DNA from: Tubiluchus corallicola
Taxonomy: Eukaryota; Animalia; Priapulida
DNA: 64,000 nt
Direction: 5' to 3'
Assembly: GCA_030141605.1 (NCBI GenBank)
Contig: JAQGDQ010001063.1
Location: 2,005-66,004 of the forward strand
The stretch's first letter is position 1. Every line of letters begins with the position of its first letter. Below, in pieces: positions 25,561-39,486 of this stretch. A program made the translations under genes and the position numbers. The notes beneath the pieces are model-generated. The model searched no databases. It worked only from the letters and a program-made list of their open reading frames with translations, and was not told the origin of the DNA.

Positions 25561-26289
25561 AATTGAAAAGATTGGATGTCCGTGGGCAGTGATGGGAATA
25601 GATCGAAAGAGCTTTAGAAAATTTGCATTAGTAGATGACAAAAAGTACTATTATTATCGCTGATCGTGATCAAAGTTGACAAGTTTCCCCATAGTACAAA
25701 GAATGTAACCTTTCTATAAACCCATTAAAATCTCTGCACGCTTACGCCTTTAAATGAAAGCTGTCAGATATCTAGGTATTTGAGAGATATCGATTTGATA
25801 TGGAAACTATTCCTAATAACTTAACAAGAATGGAAACTAGTAAAAAAACAAAAATGCGTATTTTGTACGTTCACGTGGACTCACTATAAAATGCGCCTCC
25901 TTTTTTGCATAGCATACAGATAAAAGAAGTTTAAACCCAAGTTTGTGTAGTCCATCTTCCATGCATCTTGTTTCATTATAAATTCAGAGCTTCCCAAGAT
26001 AATGATCTTGTCTTTATATTCCGGGTGATAAGTAATTAAAACCTTATTAACTCTCATGTGTAATTAATTACATTATAAATGTAGCGGTTAATTGCAAAAT
26101 GAATTTCTGTATGATGAATATATGAACAGCTACATTTTATTATGTGAATGAGCGTTTTGCACCTACAAACTAGAAACTACAAAGTAATCAAGAAAACCTT
26201 CGTACTTATCACTTTTAAAATACAAAAGTTGACGTTCCAAAACATTTATTTTTGAAGCTTTCTCTACGCAATGTTTGTCTCTGCTTTTA

Positions 26290-26830
26290 TTTTACTCTGC
26301 TTTTTATATTTAAATACATTAACAACATCAGCAAACCATTCCAGAATAATAGATTTACCTTTTTTCCAAATCCTATCGTTAATTCCAGTACAAGCAATCT
26401 AAAACAAATTAGGACAAATACCCACTACGGAACGAACTCTGTAATCAAACAAGCAATTCTACTTTGGAATTCTCTATCATTACAGGTTAAACAAATCAAG
26501 TCCCTATCAGCATTTAAAGCAAAATTAAAATCACTAATATTAACCAGATATGAAATACCATCACACCAGTACGACAACATACACGCTAATTCAGAATTCA
26601 TATATTCACGGCCATATTAATTAAATCATAGTTTTTTTTCATTTTTTGTGCATAGTTGTAAATATGTTTGATTTTATTCGCAGTTACTTTCCATTACTGC
26701 ACAGTAGTTTAGATTGCACTGACGCAATTGTCTTTAGCAGTGTAAGTTTTTATTAACTAACACTGATTGATCATCTCTGTAAAGTTTTTATCAGTGATTA
26801 TCAATGTATTTTAATAGCAAATAAAGATTA
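26290..26830 (+). mobile_element. CR1/L2-type LINE 3' remnant
   Basis: 'RTNTHYG..SV...AILLWNSL...VKQIKSLSAFKAKLKSLIL' is a typical ORF2 C-terminus, followed by UTR and AATAAA. Confidence 0.7.
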
Positions 26831-27950
26831 TTACATATATATATATATGTCTCCCATTACTATATAGACTAAGTAAGCGCTGGTTAATAGACAATTTTTG
26901 AATGCGAATAAAGAAAGAAGCCACTGCAACAAATCGTCTAGACTCTTCAAAGCCTAGTGAAGCCACTACATCTACGTCATTGGCGCACAGGAAAAAAGCT
27001 CATTACCGTCAAACCGTTTCAATTATTAAACAGACATTACCGCAACTTGCACTGGCCAAATGGTTCAGCTGCTTGAGTAGATGTTATGACAGAAGAGCCC
27101 TGTCCCACGAGGGTGATTATTATGTTTTCTACCTAATGGGTCAACTCGTGAGCAGACACGCTGGAAGCTAAGCAATATGGAACTCATGGAAACAACAACT
27201 TCAGGTAAAACGCAAGAAAAAAAGACAAGCAGACCGGTATCCTGTCCAGTATTCTAACTCAGTCCAAATTTTCTGTTTCTGAATTACAGGAAGGCAACTA
27301 CCTGCCATTACTGGTTTTAGTCGACTGTGTCATTCAAACACAGTGAATTAGTTTGTTTTCTACATGAAGAAATGCACCATAAATGATTAAATTTTGCCGT
27401 CCACCAGCGAAGTCTTATAGAACCCTAATGTCTATTTCTTTTTACACGATTCCTAAATGTTTACCTTATTAAACTCACGATCCTCATCACATTATCAGCA
27501 GTTACGTCTTAATTGAGGGACTCACATCCATACTGATGACTTGATATTATTTTCAATTTTTTACACATTCTAAAAAGCTGCCTGCCTTTCCCAGCGTCTA
27601 TTCCCATTCGCATTCTTCATATGTCGGACATGCGTTAGTTCCCTCTCTCACCATTCCCAGGCGTCTCCGTCCCATCCAATCTATGTTAGCAACACTAAAT
27701 CTCCTTAATTTAATTTCCTCCCCATCATTACAAATCAACTAAAGGAGAAACAGGCGCGTTTATTTCTCCGTCGAGTTGCAAGAAACTTATATCTGCACTC
27801 AACAGACCGAGCGAGTCGTACAGCTGACAACGCAAACTCAATAAAGTCAAACAAAAATACTGAAAAGCGTTGCAGCTGTCATCAGTTAGACAAGGAATGC
27901 ATTGTATTCTTATTTTAGCTTCTCCATAACTCCAGATACTCGTTATTGTA

Positions 27951-29250
27951 GTGCCAGGAACAGAGCACTAGATATGTACTAAGAACACTTTGAAACCGAC
28001 TCCAGTTGTTTCTAGGGCAGTGCCAGGAACATAGTACTAGATATGCACTAAGAACACTTTGAAACCGACTCCAGTTGTTTCTGGGGTACTGCCAGGAACA
28101 TAGCACTAGATATGTACTAAGAACACTTTGAAACCGACTCCAGTTGTTTCTAGGGCAGTTCCAGGAACATTGCACTAGATTTGTACTAAGAACACTTTGA
28201 AATCGACTCCAGTTGTTTCTAGGGCAGTGCCAGGAACATAGCACTAGATATGTACTAAGAACACTTTGAAACCGACTCCAGTTGTTTCTAGGGTACTGCC
28301 AGGAACATAGCACTAGATATGTACTAAGAACACTTTGAAACCGACTCCAGTTGTTTCTAGGGCAGTGCCAGGAACATAGTACTAGATATGCACTAAGAAC
28401 ACTTTGAAACCGACTCCAGTTGTTTCTAGGGTACTGCCAGGAACATAGCACTAGATATGTACTAAGAACACTTTGAAACCGACTCCAGTTGTTTCTAGGG
28501 CAGTGCCAGGAACATAGCACTAGATATGTACTAAGAACACTTTGAAACCGACTCCAGTTGTTTCTAGGGTACTGCCAGGAACATAGCACTAGATATGTAC
28601 TAAGAACACTTTGAAACCGACTCCAGTTGTTTCTAGGGCAGTGCCAGGAACATAGTACTAGATATGCACTAAGAACACTTTGAAACCGACTCCAGTTGTT
28701 TCTAGGGTACTGCCAGGAACATAGCACTAGATATGTACTAAGAACACTTTGAAACCGACTCCAGTTGTTTCTAGGGCAGTGCCAGGAACATAGCACTAGA
28801 TATGTACTAAGAACACTTTGAAACCGACTCCAGTTGTTGCTGGGGCAGTGTCAGGAACATAGCACTAGGTATGTACTAAGAACACTTAGAAACCGACTCC
28901 AGTTGTTTCTGGGGCAGTGTCAGGAACATAGCACTAGGTATGTACTAAGAACACTTTGAAACCGACTCCAGTTGTTTCTGGGGCAGTGTCAGGAACATAG
29001 CACTAGATATGTACTAAGAACACTTTGAAACCGACTCCAGTTGTTTCTAGGGCAGTGTCAGGAACATAGCACTAGATATGTACTAAGAACACTTTGAAAC
29101 CGACTCCAGTTGTTTCTAGGGCAGTTACAGGAACATAGCACTAGGTATGTACTAAGAACACTTTGAAACCGACTCCAGTTGTTTCTAGGGTACTGCCAGG
29201 AACATAGCACTAGATATGCACTAAGAACACTTTGAAACCGACTCCAGTTG
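27951..29250. repeat. 69-bp minisatellite (~19 copies)
   Basis: gtgccaggaacatagcactagatatgtactaagaacactttgaaaccgactccagttgtttctagggca. Confidence 0.97.
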
Positions 29251-29439
29251 TATATCTAGCGTGTAAAGAGTTATTAATACTTCTTCATGTAACATTGTTG
29301 TGATAACTATTTTTAATAATTGTATGAATCAAATGTTAATTGTTCTGTACGCTCGAGCCACAATATTCCTTTGTAAGGGAATTTTGTCGCTAATAAACGT
29401 CTCTTTCACTGTTGATTAAAGCTGTCTTGTTTGTTTGTA

Positions 29440-30040
29440 ATGTAATGTAATTGTGGTTTAATAAACAATAAACATATGTAGGGCATATCATAACAAAACT
29501 CGCATCTGATAACCAGGATATTACGATATAGAATAGGCTTCTTGCTACTAGAGCAAACATTCTTATTAGAAATTTTGCATTTTCTAGTAAAGATGTTGAC
29601 ATACAATTGTTTAAAACTTATCGCATAAGAATTTACGGTATGCCAGTTTAGAGAAATTACAATACCGATATTATTAAGGAACTGAAGTTACCTATAACAA
29701 GTGTATAAGAAAGCTATTTCAATTGCCTTGTGACTGCAGGGCTAGTCAAATGTGTGTCGATATGCAAATGCTGCACTTTAACATAATTATACGAATTATA
29801 TCGATTAGATCACTATAGTAATATTCTAAAACAACGTATTTTAAATTCTGGCATCACTATGAATTCTTATATTTTTAGCAAGTGGATAACAATTTTATTT
29901 ACAAATGGCCATTCGTATTCATACCCATGCATTATACTGTACATGAGTTTTTTAAAGTTAGTTTTTAGCAGTGTTATATCCTTGTATGTATTTTAAGTTT
30001 TTATGTATTCATGGACTAGATTCCGAAATACATAAATCAA
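29440..30040 (+). mobile_element. Degenerate LINE ORF2 C-terminal remnant
   Basis: Frameshifted 'YVGHIIT...SDNQDILR...RANILIRNFAFSSKDVDIQLFKTY' resembles the post-RT region of CR1/L2-group elements. Confidence 0.6.
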
Positions 30041-30563
30041 TAATTCAACTCAATTCAATTCAAATTTATTACCTATCAAAGTTTTTAGTGTTCAACTTAG
30101 AATAAAATATAAGTCATTAAAACGAGCTTAAAACAACAGCAATGATCTAAATTTGTTACATAATATAACGTGGATTTGTCAGACGACAAATGTTTATGAC
30201 ATAAATTCAAAATATGTATTAAAAAAGATACAATAACTGTGATTGATGATGATGATAATTATATCGATGACAAAGATGAATCTGTTAATGAAACAGGTGA
30301 GGGTACTGACAAAGGAAATAATGTCAGTGGTAGAGTTCGATAAAGTACAACATTTATTCTCGTATACAATAAAACATATATATGTACATACAATGATGTG
30401 ATCCAGTGATTTTGGTTAAGGAACTTGTGTGGTATTTAGGGATAAAAGTGGGGCAATAATAATCTATGTTACGTAGGTGTGGTTTGTTATTTACAACTGG
30501 GGATAGAAGCCTCATGGCAGGTTTGTATTATCTGTTGAATTTAAAGTTGACTTTAAATAAGGA

Positions 30564-30964
30564 TTGCTGTTGTTGTTATTATTATTATTATTGTTGTTGT
30601 TGTTGTTGTTATTGTTATTATTATTATTATTGTTGTTGTAGTTGTTGTTATTATTATTGTTGTTGTTGTTGTTGTTATTGTTGTTGTTATTATTATTATT
30701 ATTGTTGTTGTTGTTATAGTTGTTATTATTATTATTATTATTATTATTGTTGTTGTTATTGTTGTTGTTATTATTATTATTATTTTTGTTGTTGTTATTG
30801 TTATTATTATTATTATTGTTGTTGTTGTTGTTGTTGTTGTTATTGTTATTATTGTTGCTGTTGTTGTTGTTATTGTTGTTGTTGTTGTTGTTGTTATTAT
30901 TGTTGTTGTTGTTATTGTTATTATTATTATTGCTGTTGTTGTTATTATTATTATTATTATTACT

Positions 30965-30995
<31 letters not shown>

Positions 30996-30998
30996 TTT

Positions 30999-31050
<52 letters not shown>

Positions 31051-31052
31051 CA
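30564..31052. repeat. Mixed (TTG)/(TTA) trinucleotide microsatellite
   Basis: Visible simple repeat. Confidence 0.97.
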
Positions 31053-31829
31053 TTAATACTGACACTAAGGATGACGACGATAGAATGAACAATGAAAATG
31101 AATCTGTGTTCAGCATCTAAACTAAAACTTTTATCTGGGACGGTTCGTGATTACAAAGCAATTATGAATTTCACATCCCGTGAATTCAATTACTGGAAGT
31201 TCCTTCCCATCCACTAGAACCAACAGCAATTTAAATTTCGCGCATACATTTAGCAATTGACCTACTATTTTGCGAGCAAGTTCTAATTCAAACTGTCCAG
31301 GAAATGAATCCGCGCTGGTAAGGAAATTTCCAGAATGAAAAGGCTGGTGTAATTAAATAGCAGAAAACGAGAAGTCTGAAAAGAGAGGCTTTCAAAACGC
31401 CGCCCTTTTTGTCAGACGCGCCTTTGTAGCTGGACAAGAAATTTCTAATGTAATTTTAGTAGTTGCTCAATGAGAGCAGTTAACTAGGAAACCAAACGCT
31501 AAGAAGATATGGCTTCACTCCTGATCAATGCAACTATGCTGTGTTATCCAGTAGTTCCACAATTAGTAAAATGACTTGTTAAAATAAAGCAAAACGATTT
31601 TTTTCTGACTATAACTTATTTAGACTTATGATGTAAAATACACTTTGTTACTTTAGATATCTTAATAAATATTTGAATAACAAAGTTTTAGCTTATGTAA
31701 GTTACATACTGTAAAAAAATCAGTCTGCAACGCAATTTGTTTCACTTTCCCCACACACTAGACCTTACATATGCAGCAAATTGTATCCGGTAAAATTAAT
31801 ACGTCACACCCTCGTTATTAGACGTCACA

Positions 31830-32053
31830 AAATAAAAATGACGACTAGCACCTACTTAAGACAAAACATAGCTTTTATTCAGATATAACATCTGCAACGT
31901 TTCCACATGGTTACGTGTCATGCTCACAAATAATAACCTAAATAAAAACACAACGTAAAAAACATATACAAATACGGAAATGTTGCAGATGTTGTATTCA
32001 CATAAAAGCCATGTCTTTTCGTAAGCGAGTGCTGGGCTGTCATATTTATTTTT
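31830..32053. mobile_element. Old foldback/MITE-like element with ~75-bp imperfect inverted arms
   Basis: ...ttttattcagatataacatctgcaacgtttcc (to ~31905) mirrors ggaaatgttgcagatgttgtattcacataaaa... (from ~31976). Confidence 0.6.
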
Positions 32054-32079
32054 AGACTTCGTTTTTCCTTCGTTTTAAA

Positions 32080-32495
32080 CGGCAACCAAACACAGCTACC
32101 TATAGCTTATGTTAGAAACTAACCACAATTTGTGCAATGGCAGGTATCTTCCCTTGCGCGTCAACCACGTTCGCGTAAGTGCTAATGCTTAAACACGTGA
32201 TGTCACGAAAATGAGCTCTACGTCATATGACGTCAGAAACTAACACTGCATTTCATGATCACGTTTAAAACGGTACCATCTTCTATTTGTCAGCTACGCG
32301 CATGTGACAAAAAGGCACCGTTGCCAGGAGTAGGTTCACAGAGCCGCGCGTAGCTTTGAAAGTTTAACAAAATTTGAGTATCAGAGGTAATTATTATTTA
32401 ATCTAAGCTGTGATTTAAAAAAAGCTGTTGTAGTTTTCAATAATTTAGAGCATTCTTCATTCTGAACTAATGTTTACACAATCGTCCGGTTTTTC
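32080..32495 (+). mobile_element. Dispersed ~420-bp repeat, copy 1 of 3
   Basis: Similar throughout to 43454-43870 (reverse) and 51266-51571. Confidence 0.85.
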
Positions 32496-32772
32496 TGACG
32501 ATTTCTGACAAATGTCCGAAAAACAGCATTTATCGAAGCCGTAAGTAGTAGCAAAAATCTGCGTCCGACAATTGTGTCAGAAAGATTTTGCATATTGTGT
32601 CAGAAAGATTTTGCATATTGTGTCAGAAAGATTTTGCATATTGTACACCCTGTAGAAGCTTAATTAACAGCGGCGACTAAGATCCATTTAACTGACGATT
32701 CAATACGAACCGTAATAACTTCTAGCCTCTAGCAAGAAACTTAAGCCACTAAACTGAACCACGTATCTTCAT

Positions 32773-33152
32773 TAGGGGTGAGCATCGAACGTTGGAGTTC
32801 GAACTCGATTCGAATCCAAAACTATAGATTCGAATAATTCAGCACTTCGATCACGTGTTCTTTATCACTAAAACGATGGAAACATCGTGCAATTCGCATA
32901 ATTTAGCTGTGATTTCTGCACACAATTGTAAACAAATTACTAGTCGTTTTATTGCAGAACAAAATCTAGTGATATGCATGATCTTTGTAATACTAATTTT
33001 TGCTGTGGTTCGAAAACTTGTTCGAAAATCTTTCAATCTCAATTAGAATTCGGTTCGAATTCGAAACACTGAAGTTCGGTTCGATTCGAATTCGAAAGTC
33101 ACAAATTCGGTTCGATTCGAATTCGCTTTCTGCTAGAAAATGCTCGCCCCTA
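32773..33152. mobile_element. hAT-type MITE, copy 1 (TTCGAA-rich)
   Basis: TIR TAGGGGTGAGCAT / ATGCTCGCCCCTA; 8-bp TSD ATCTTCAT. Confidence 0.93.
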
Positions 33153-33615
33153 ATCTTCATTAGAATATTGTTCCTTGCAAAATGCACATGACTCAGCTTC
33201 ATAAGTGGCAAAGTCCCTGTCTCAGTCTTCGAGTAATTTATAGCCACAATCAGTACAGCTTGATGGTAATTGACAGTAGATTTTATAGGTCTACGCCTGT
33301 CAGGGTTTCCAGCACTACGACATACGACACATTAAATCATTCTATGAAATATGCATGGCATGTGGTTCAGTGTTCAGCTTCTAATGGGAAAATGAAACCT
33401 GGTAAGATCTTTGTTAAGAAAAATGCAAACGAAAAACATAACAGTGAAGGGTTTTAGGTTGTACTTCAGTGTTCTTTCATTCTGTAACCCCCCCCCCCCC
33501 CATACTATCCTTTTTAACTGCATTCATGTATGTCTTGACTTGGCTTCTTTCTGTCATGCTCTACTGACAGAGCTAGTTTACCTGGCTAGTTGGCAGTCTG
33601 TTCTTGGTTAAGAGA

Positions 33616-33646
<31 letters not shown>

Positions 33647-33709
33647 TGTCTCAGTTAAACCATTTATTTGTCAAGAGTAGTAGAGCCATGATATATAACT
33701 GTAATAAAG

Positions 33710-34135
33710 CTACTTAAACGTGAATTTTTTGACTTTGGGCATCATGAAGTAGTAGTCTCTCACAACAACAGTTGTCAGAGTATCTTGTAATTCTAGGTGT
33801 GTTGTTGTGTTACTCGTACTAATAATCGTTTTTCTTACACATATTTTAATAGTTTGGTCATATAATAAAGAAAATATTAATAAGATAAAGATAATAGTAT
33901 GAAAAATGGATGGCATAATAAAATTTTTTTCGCCTTTTTCATTTGTCCTTTTTAATATCAATATTATAATATGTATACTAATATACATTAGGCCTAGCAG
34001 ACAGCCCATTATGATTTTGTGGTGAAAAGGAGCAAACCTCTGATCATATATTATATATTGACCTAAAATGGTGGATAACAACAGCAATTGAACCAACTTT
34101 GTAAAATTAATGGAAAACATGAACAAAGTTGACAT
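33710..34135 (-). CDS. Hypothetical 141-aa hydrophobic ORF (uncertain)
   Basis: ATG-initiated, non-repetitive ORF with three hydrophobic stretches; no family recognised; may be a chance ORF. Confidence 0.2.
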   Translation of the reverse strand: MSTLFMFSINFTKLVQLLLLSTILGQYIIYDQRFAPFHHKIIMGCLLGLMYISIHIIILILKRTNEKGEKNFIMPSIFHTIIFILLIFSLLYDQTIKICVRKTIISTSNTTTHLELQDTLTTVVVRDYYFMMPKVKKFTFK

Positions 34136-34555
34136 ACTACTTACTTATCAGTTTGACGTGAAGAAAGTTTTCGTAGAACTAACTAAAGATTGTTGTGCAA
34201 TTTATTGTGCAAAATATCTGATTTAACGAAATGTAATATATAATGTAATAAGATTTTTTACAACACAAGAAATATGCATAAAAAATTAAATTTAAAAAAC
34301 AGGAGGATAGTATCATGGGTACTAGTAGCGTTTTTAAACATTACTGGATACTTAATGCCTGCAGTTAGATATACAAATTGTATATACGTTACATACTAAT
34401 TATTGCACATTTATAATATGCTGATACATTCAAAAAGTACTAATAAAGATTTATTATAATATTAATTATATAATATACTGATATTCCAAGGAGATTACCA
34501 GATAAATGACTATATTTGAATTGTGTAAGTTTGTAGTAAAAAGAGAGATACTTAC

Positions 34556-34636
34556 TCTGCTACATCTGATGGTTCGGTCTGCATGAGAAACACACAGTTA
34601 ACAAGAATGGTTATCATCACGAAGTAATCAAAATAT
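34556..34636 (-). CDS. Nav2: Nav2-like channel, domain I S1 exon
   Basis: ttttttag|A TAT TTT GAT...GCA GA|gtaagt; 81 nt, phase 2/2; YFDYFVMITILVNCVFLMQTEPSDVA(E), a typical DI-S1 'TIL.NC.F' segment. Confidence 0.93.
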
Positions 34637-35593
34637 CTAAAAAAAATCTGGTCAAGGAAGAACCGGAAACACAGACAGGAATCACAAGCAATTATTACTA
34701 GAAAAACCTGGTTTAAAAACGAAAGTGCGAAATCATGCGCAAATTATGTGCATTTCAACCAGAGAACCTAGACTAAATGTCACTACATGACTAAATGACT
34801 ACATTTCGCGTTATATTAAAAAATATTACAAAAATACTCCATAACATTCAACATTTAACATCTAAGAAATGGCTACACCTAGAACGCATAATGTAACGAC
34901 ATCTGTTAACAACAAATAGATAACATTATAAGCTGGTAGCCTTTAATTGGGAGTTTAGTTTAGTGGTGCAACAACAGAGGGTGGCTTCGTCTGAGGGGGG
35001 CATTAATTTCATTAGCCTAGGGCGTCCAAAAGGTCATAGTCCAGCCCAGGTCATAAGACTTTTATAACTTGTTAGTTCCTCAATAAACTGTCATGTTTAC
35101 AACCAAGGTTGCCAAGGTCAAGAATAGACACAGCTAGGTCGTGTTTCACAAATCTAAACTTCTGAAGAACAGTTTCAATCACAAACACGTATTCGCAGGA
35201 GACACTTAAGATAGCCTAGCGTCCTCTAGTGGTGACGGAGAAAAACAAAAATTGAAAGAAAAGCATTGAAGTTGACCAGTGACATAATAGTAGGCAAACG
35301 GGGTAAGATAGTTGACGTTCAAATTTATAACTTAAATGGGAAATGATGATGATGACGACAACGACGATGATAGTTAAATCAAAGTTCCAAAGGTGCCAAA
35401 GGAAATGTATAATCAGGCTGCAAGTATTGCAGTGCTGATAAAAATAATGGCAATATATAATGAAGATGATGACGACAATGATGACTGATGAACTCAGTGA
35501 AAGGATTGAAAAAAGTGCCAGTAGTAACACTAGAAGGCACAGATGACAGTACAAGGTCAGGCAGTTGAATGATATAGCTGTTGGAATAGCGAG

Positions 35594-37459
35594 CAAGGCA
35601 ATGTCAGTGATGTTGGTGATGAAAACAACAGTGATAATAATGACGATGATGGCGGTGATGCTGATAGCAAGGCAATGTCAGTGATGTTGGTGATGAAAAC
35701 AACAGTGATAATAATGACGATGATGGCGGTGATGCTGATAGCAAGGCAATGTCAGTGATGTTGGTGATGAAAACAACAGTGATAATAATAATGACGATGA
35801 TGGCGGTGATGCTGATAGCAAGGCAATGTCAGTGATGTTGGTGATGAAAACAACAGTGATAATAATGCCGATGATGGCGGTGATGCTGATAGCAAGGCAA
35901 TGTCAGTGATGTTGGTGATGAAAACAACAGTGATAATAATGCCGATGATGGTGGTGATGCTGATAGCAAGGCAATGTCGGTGATGTTGGTGATGAAAACA
36001 ACAGTGATAATAATGACAATGATGGCGGTGATGCTGATAGCAAGGCAATGTCAGTGATGTTGGTGATGAAAACAACAGTGATAATAATGCTGATGATGGC
36101 GGTGATGCTGATAGCAAGGCAATGTCAGTGATGTTGATGATGAAAACAACAGTGATAATAATAATGCCGATGATGGCGGTGATGCTGATAGCAAGGCAAT
36201 GTCAGTGATGTTGGTGATGAAAACAACAGTGATAATAATGACGATGATGGGGGTGATGCTGATAGCAAGGCAATGTCAGTGATGTTGGTGATGAAAACAA
36301 CAGTGACAATAATGACGATGATGACGGTGATGCTGATAGCAAGGCAATGTCAGTGATGTTGGTGATGAAAACAACAGTGATAATAATAATGCTGATGATG
36401 GCGGTGATGCTGATAGCAAGGCAATGTCAGTGATGTTGGTGATGAAAACAACAGTGATACTAATGACGATGATGGCGGTGATGCTGATAGCAGGGCAATG
36501 TCAGTGATGTTGGTGATGAAAACAACAGTGATAATAATGCCGATGATGGCGGTGATGCTGATAGCAAGGCAACGTCAGTGATGTTGGTGATGAAAACAAC
36601 AGTGATAATAATAATGACGATGATGGCGGTGATGCTGATAGCAAGGCAATGTCAGTGATGTTGGTGATGAAAACAACAGTGATAATAATGACGATGATGG
36701 CGGTGATGCTGATAGCAAGGCAATGTCAGTGATGTTGGTGATGAAAACAACAGTGATAATAATAATGACGATGATGGCGGTGATGCTGATAGCAAGGCAA
36801 TGTCAGTGATGTTGGTGATGAAAACAACAGTGATAATAATGACGATGATGGCGGTGATGCTGATAGCAAGGCAATGTCAGTGATGTTGGTGATGAAAACA
36901 ACAGTGATAATAATGCTGATGATGGCGGTGATGCTGATAGCACGGCAATGTCAGTGATGTTGGTGATGAAAACAACAGTGATAATAATGACGATGATGGC
37001 GGTGATGCTGATAGCAAGGCAATGTCAGTGATTTTGGTGATGAAAGCAACAGTGATAATAATGCCGATGATGGCGGTGATGCTGATAGCAAGGCAATGTC
37101 AGTGATGTTGGTGATGAAAACAACAGTGATAATAATGACGATGATGGCGGTGATGCTGATAGCAAGGCAATGTCAGTGATGTTGGTGATGAAAACAACAG
37201 TGATAATAATGACGATGATGGGGGTGATGCTGATAGCAAGGCAATGTCAGTGATGTTGGTGATGAAAACAACAGTGACAATAATGACGATGATGACGGTG
37301 ATGCTGATAGCAAGGCAATGTCAGTGATGTTGGTGATGAAAACAACAGTGATAATAATGCCGATGATGGCGGTGATGCTGATAGCAAGGCAATGTCAGTG
37401 ATGTTGGTGATGAAAACAACAGTGATAATAATGCCGATGATGGCGGTGATGCTGATAGC
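35594..37459. repeat. 78/81-bp minisatellite (~24 copies)
   Basis: gcaaggcaatgtcagtgatgttggtgatgaaaacaacagtgat(aat)2-3gacgatgatggcggtgatgctgata. Confidence 0.97.
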
Positions 37460-37942
37460 GAATTCGTGTAACGTGGAAGATTAAATTTGTTCTTACTCTC
37501 AAAAGGGCAAAACTACATTAGATGAAATTTTCACATGGCTTTGTAATACATCATTTCAGCAGTCACGCAAAAATACTCGCAGCTTCCAACACGAATATTG
37601 ACTTTCTAAACAAGCAGCACTGAAGTGTTCGTGCTGAGACAATTACATCTCTGACTAATCAAACTATCACTCTTCAGCATCCAGTTTTAATTGCAAGCAT
37701 CATCCCTACTGAGTGTAATGAGCAGCTTATGAGCTCACTTTATTGTTGTTAATCAGCTGCTCAGAAAAGATGAAGATGATGCCAGATTATGGCTGCTGAA
37801 GAGCTGCATCTTCAGAGCGGTTATTTCCTGGATGATGAGTCGTAGTTTTTTTTGCGAACGAAGTTTAAAAACTAGTTTAACCCCTTTCAATGACCTGTAG
37901 AGGTAATTCTGCAGGTAGTTCCAAGTTTTCTATTCCATTTAA

Positions 37943-38254
37943 CCCTTTCATACCCGTTGTATCCCGTGGGATACAAGAATATTTTCTGCCTTAAAAATTA
38001 ATAAAATTTTAAAACTGACAGTTATTTGATCTGTTAATGTATTGAATAAACTTCAGATATATACAGCATTTGTTTTTTATCATGTTTAGCATCCATTGAA
38101 TCCCAGTGTATCCCGTGGGATACAGGCTATATTTAGCACACGGGTACAGGCAGAAACAAAATAATTATTATGTGTAAACAAGATGGACATACTGAACAAA
38201 AGTATCAAGCCAATTTTTTTTCATTATTAAAAAAATAATTTGGGACTGAAAGGG
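37943..38254. mobile_element. piggyBac-type MITE
   Basis: TTAA|CCCTTTCATACCC ... GGGACTGAAAGGG|TTAA; internal repeat tgtatcccgtgggataca x2. Confidence 0.85.
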
Positions 38255-38689
38255 TTAATAAATAACATGAATTCTGTTATTGTCGTGAGCGAGTTCAGCG
38301 TTTCATGTTTTAAATCCTCAAACTGGTTTTGCAGCCTCCGAGATGCTACATCTTCTTTACCCTATTTACATTTTATCAGATGACGACGACGACGGCGGCG
38401 GCGATCAACATGATGATGATGATGATGTGAGGCCGCTGATAAAGATGATGAATCCGGGATATATTAAAGCTTGGGGTTTCAAAAGTTCTAAACCTTGGAC
38501 ATGCTAGAAGCTTGGTCTCCCTAACTGCGTTTCAGAAGATGATGATGATGATGATGACAATACCTACACTGGCGACACTGATGACTACGACTACGACAAA
38601 CAGCAACAGCAACAAAACCCCCAATGTTTCAAGAGTTTAAGGACTGGAAAAGACAACATTTATTTACCACGGCTCATTTAACAAACAAC

Positions 38690-38860
38690 ATTAGTACTGA
38701 GGGGTATTTAACGACTTACAACAATTCATTTAAGGACGCAACACACATAAAACAACAAATACGTAAAGTATATGCCCTAGCATTGCTAAACACTAGACTC
38801 GAACTCAAGACTACGCGAGTGCAGTAGGAAACCTAGACCGCTTAGCCATCCAACCCAGGA
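38690..38860 (-). mobile_element. tRNA-derived SINE remnant
   Basis: Minus strand A box TGGCTAAGCGG and B box GAGTTCGAGTC at tRNA-like spacing. Confidence 0.5.
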
Positions 38861-39486
38861 CCTCTAAAGTAGTGTGAACACTATTGACACACAGTCTCTG
38901 CTGTTATTTTTTACTGCAGTCAGTTTGACCCACAACTGTTTTGTGATGTTTTGTTGTGTTTCATGCCTGCAGATTATGCTTTACTTTTTACATTTAAGTG
39001 GAATCAACTATAGAAAAGAAGGTAAACAAATGATTACGCGCACGCAACGAATTGTAAACATTCCATGACTACAACGACAACGACGATGACGATACTACTG
39101 ACTGAGCGTAACGATAATAACGATGACGATGATTATGGCAATGGTGATTATGATGATGGCAGTGTCGTGATAATAAGAACGATTAAAGAGATGACGGTGC
39201 AAGTGACGCTGACGATGACGATTAAAGTGATGACGGTGCAAGTGACGCTGACGATGAATGCAAAAAGCGTTGTTCTATAACGAACAGACAGGCCTATTGA
39301 TGAAGAGGCAAAGTTTATGGCTCACTATGGCTCGCTATATTGACAAAACGATGACGATGCAGTTAATGTTAAAGTTGCCTGATGCACGAGGGATTGTTTT
39401 TAATAAATTTCCTTTTAAATAATTACGAGGAACTTGACAAGAGATTTAAGTGGATTGACGTGATAAGCTAATGCATAAAAACAGCC

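Noticed and set aside
27915-28796. 293-aa repetitive ORF
   Set aside because: Product of the 69-bp minisatellite, whose unit length is divisible by 3.
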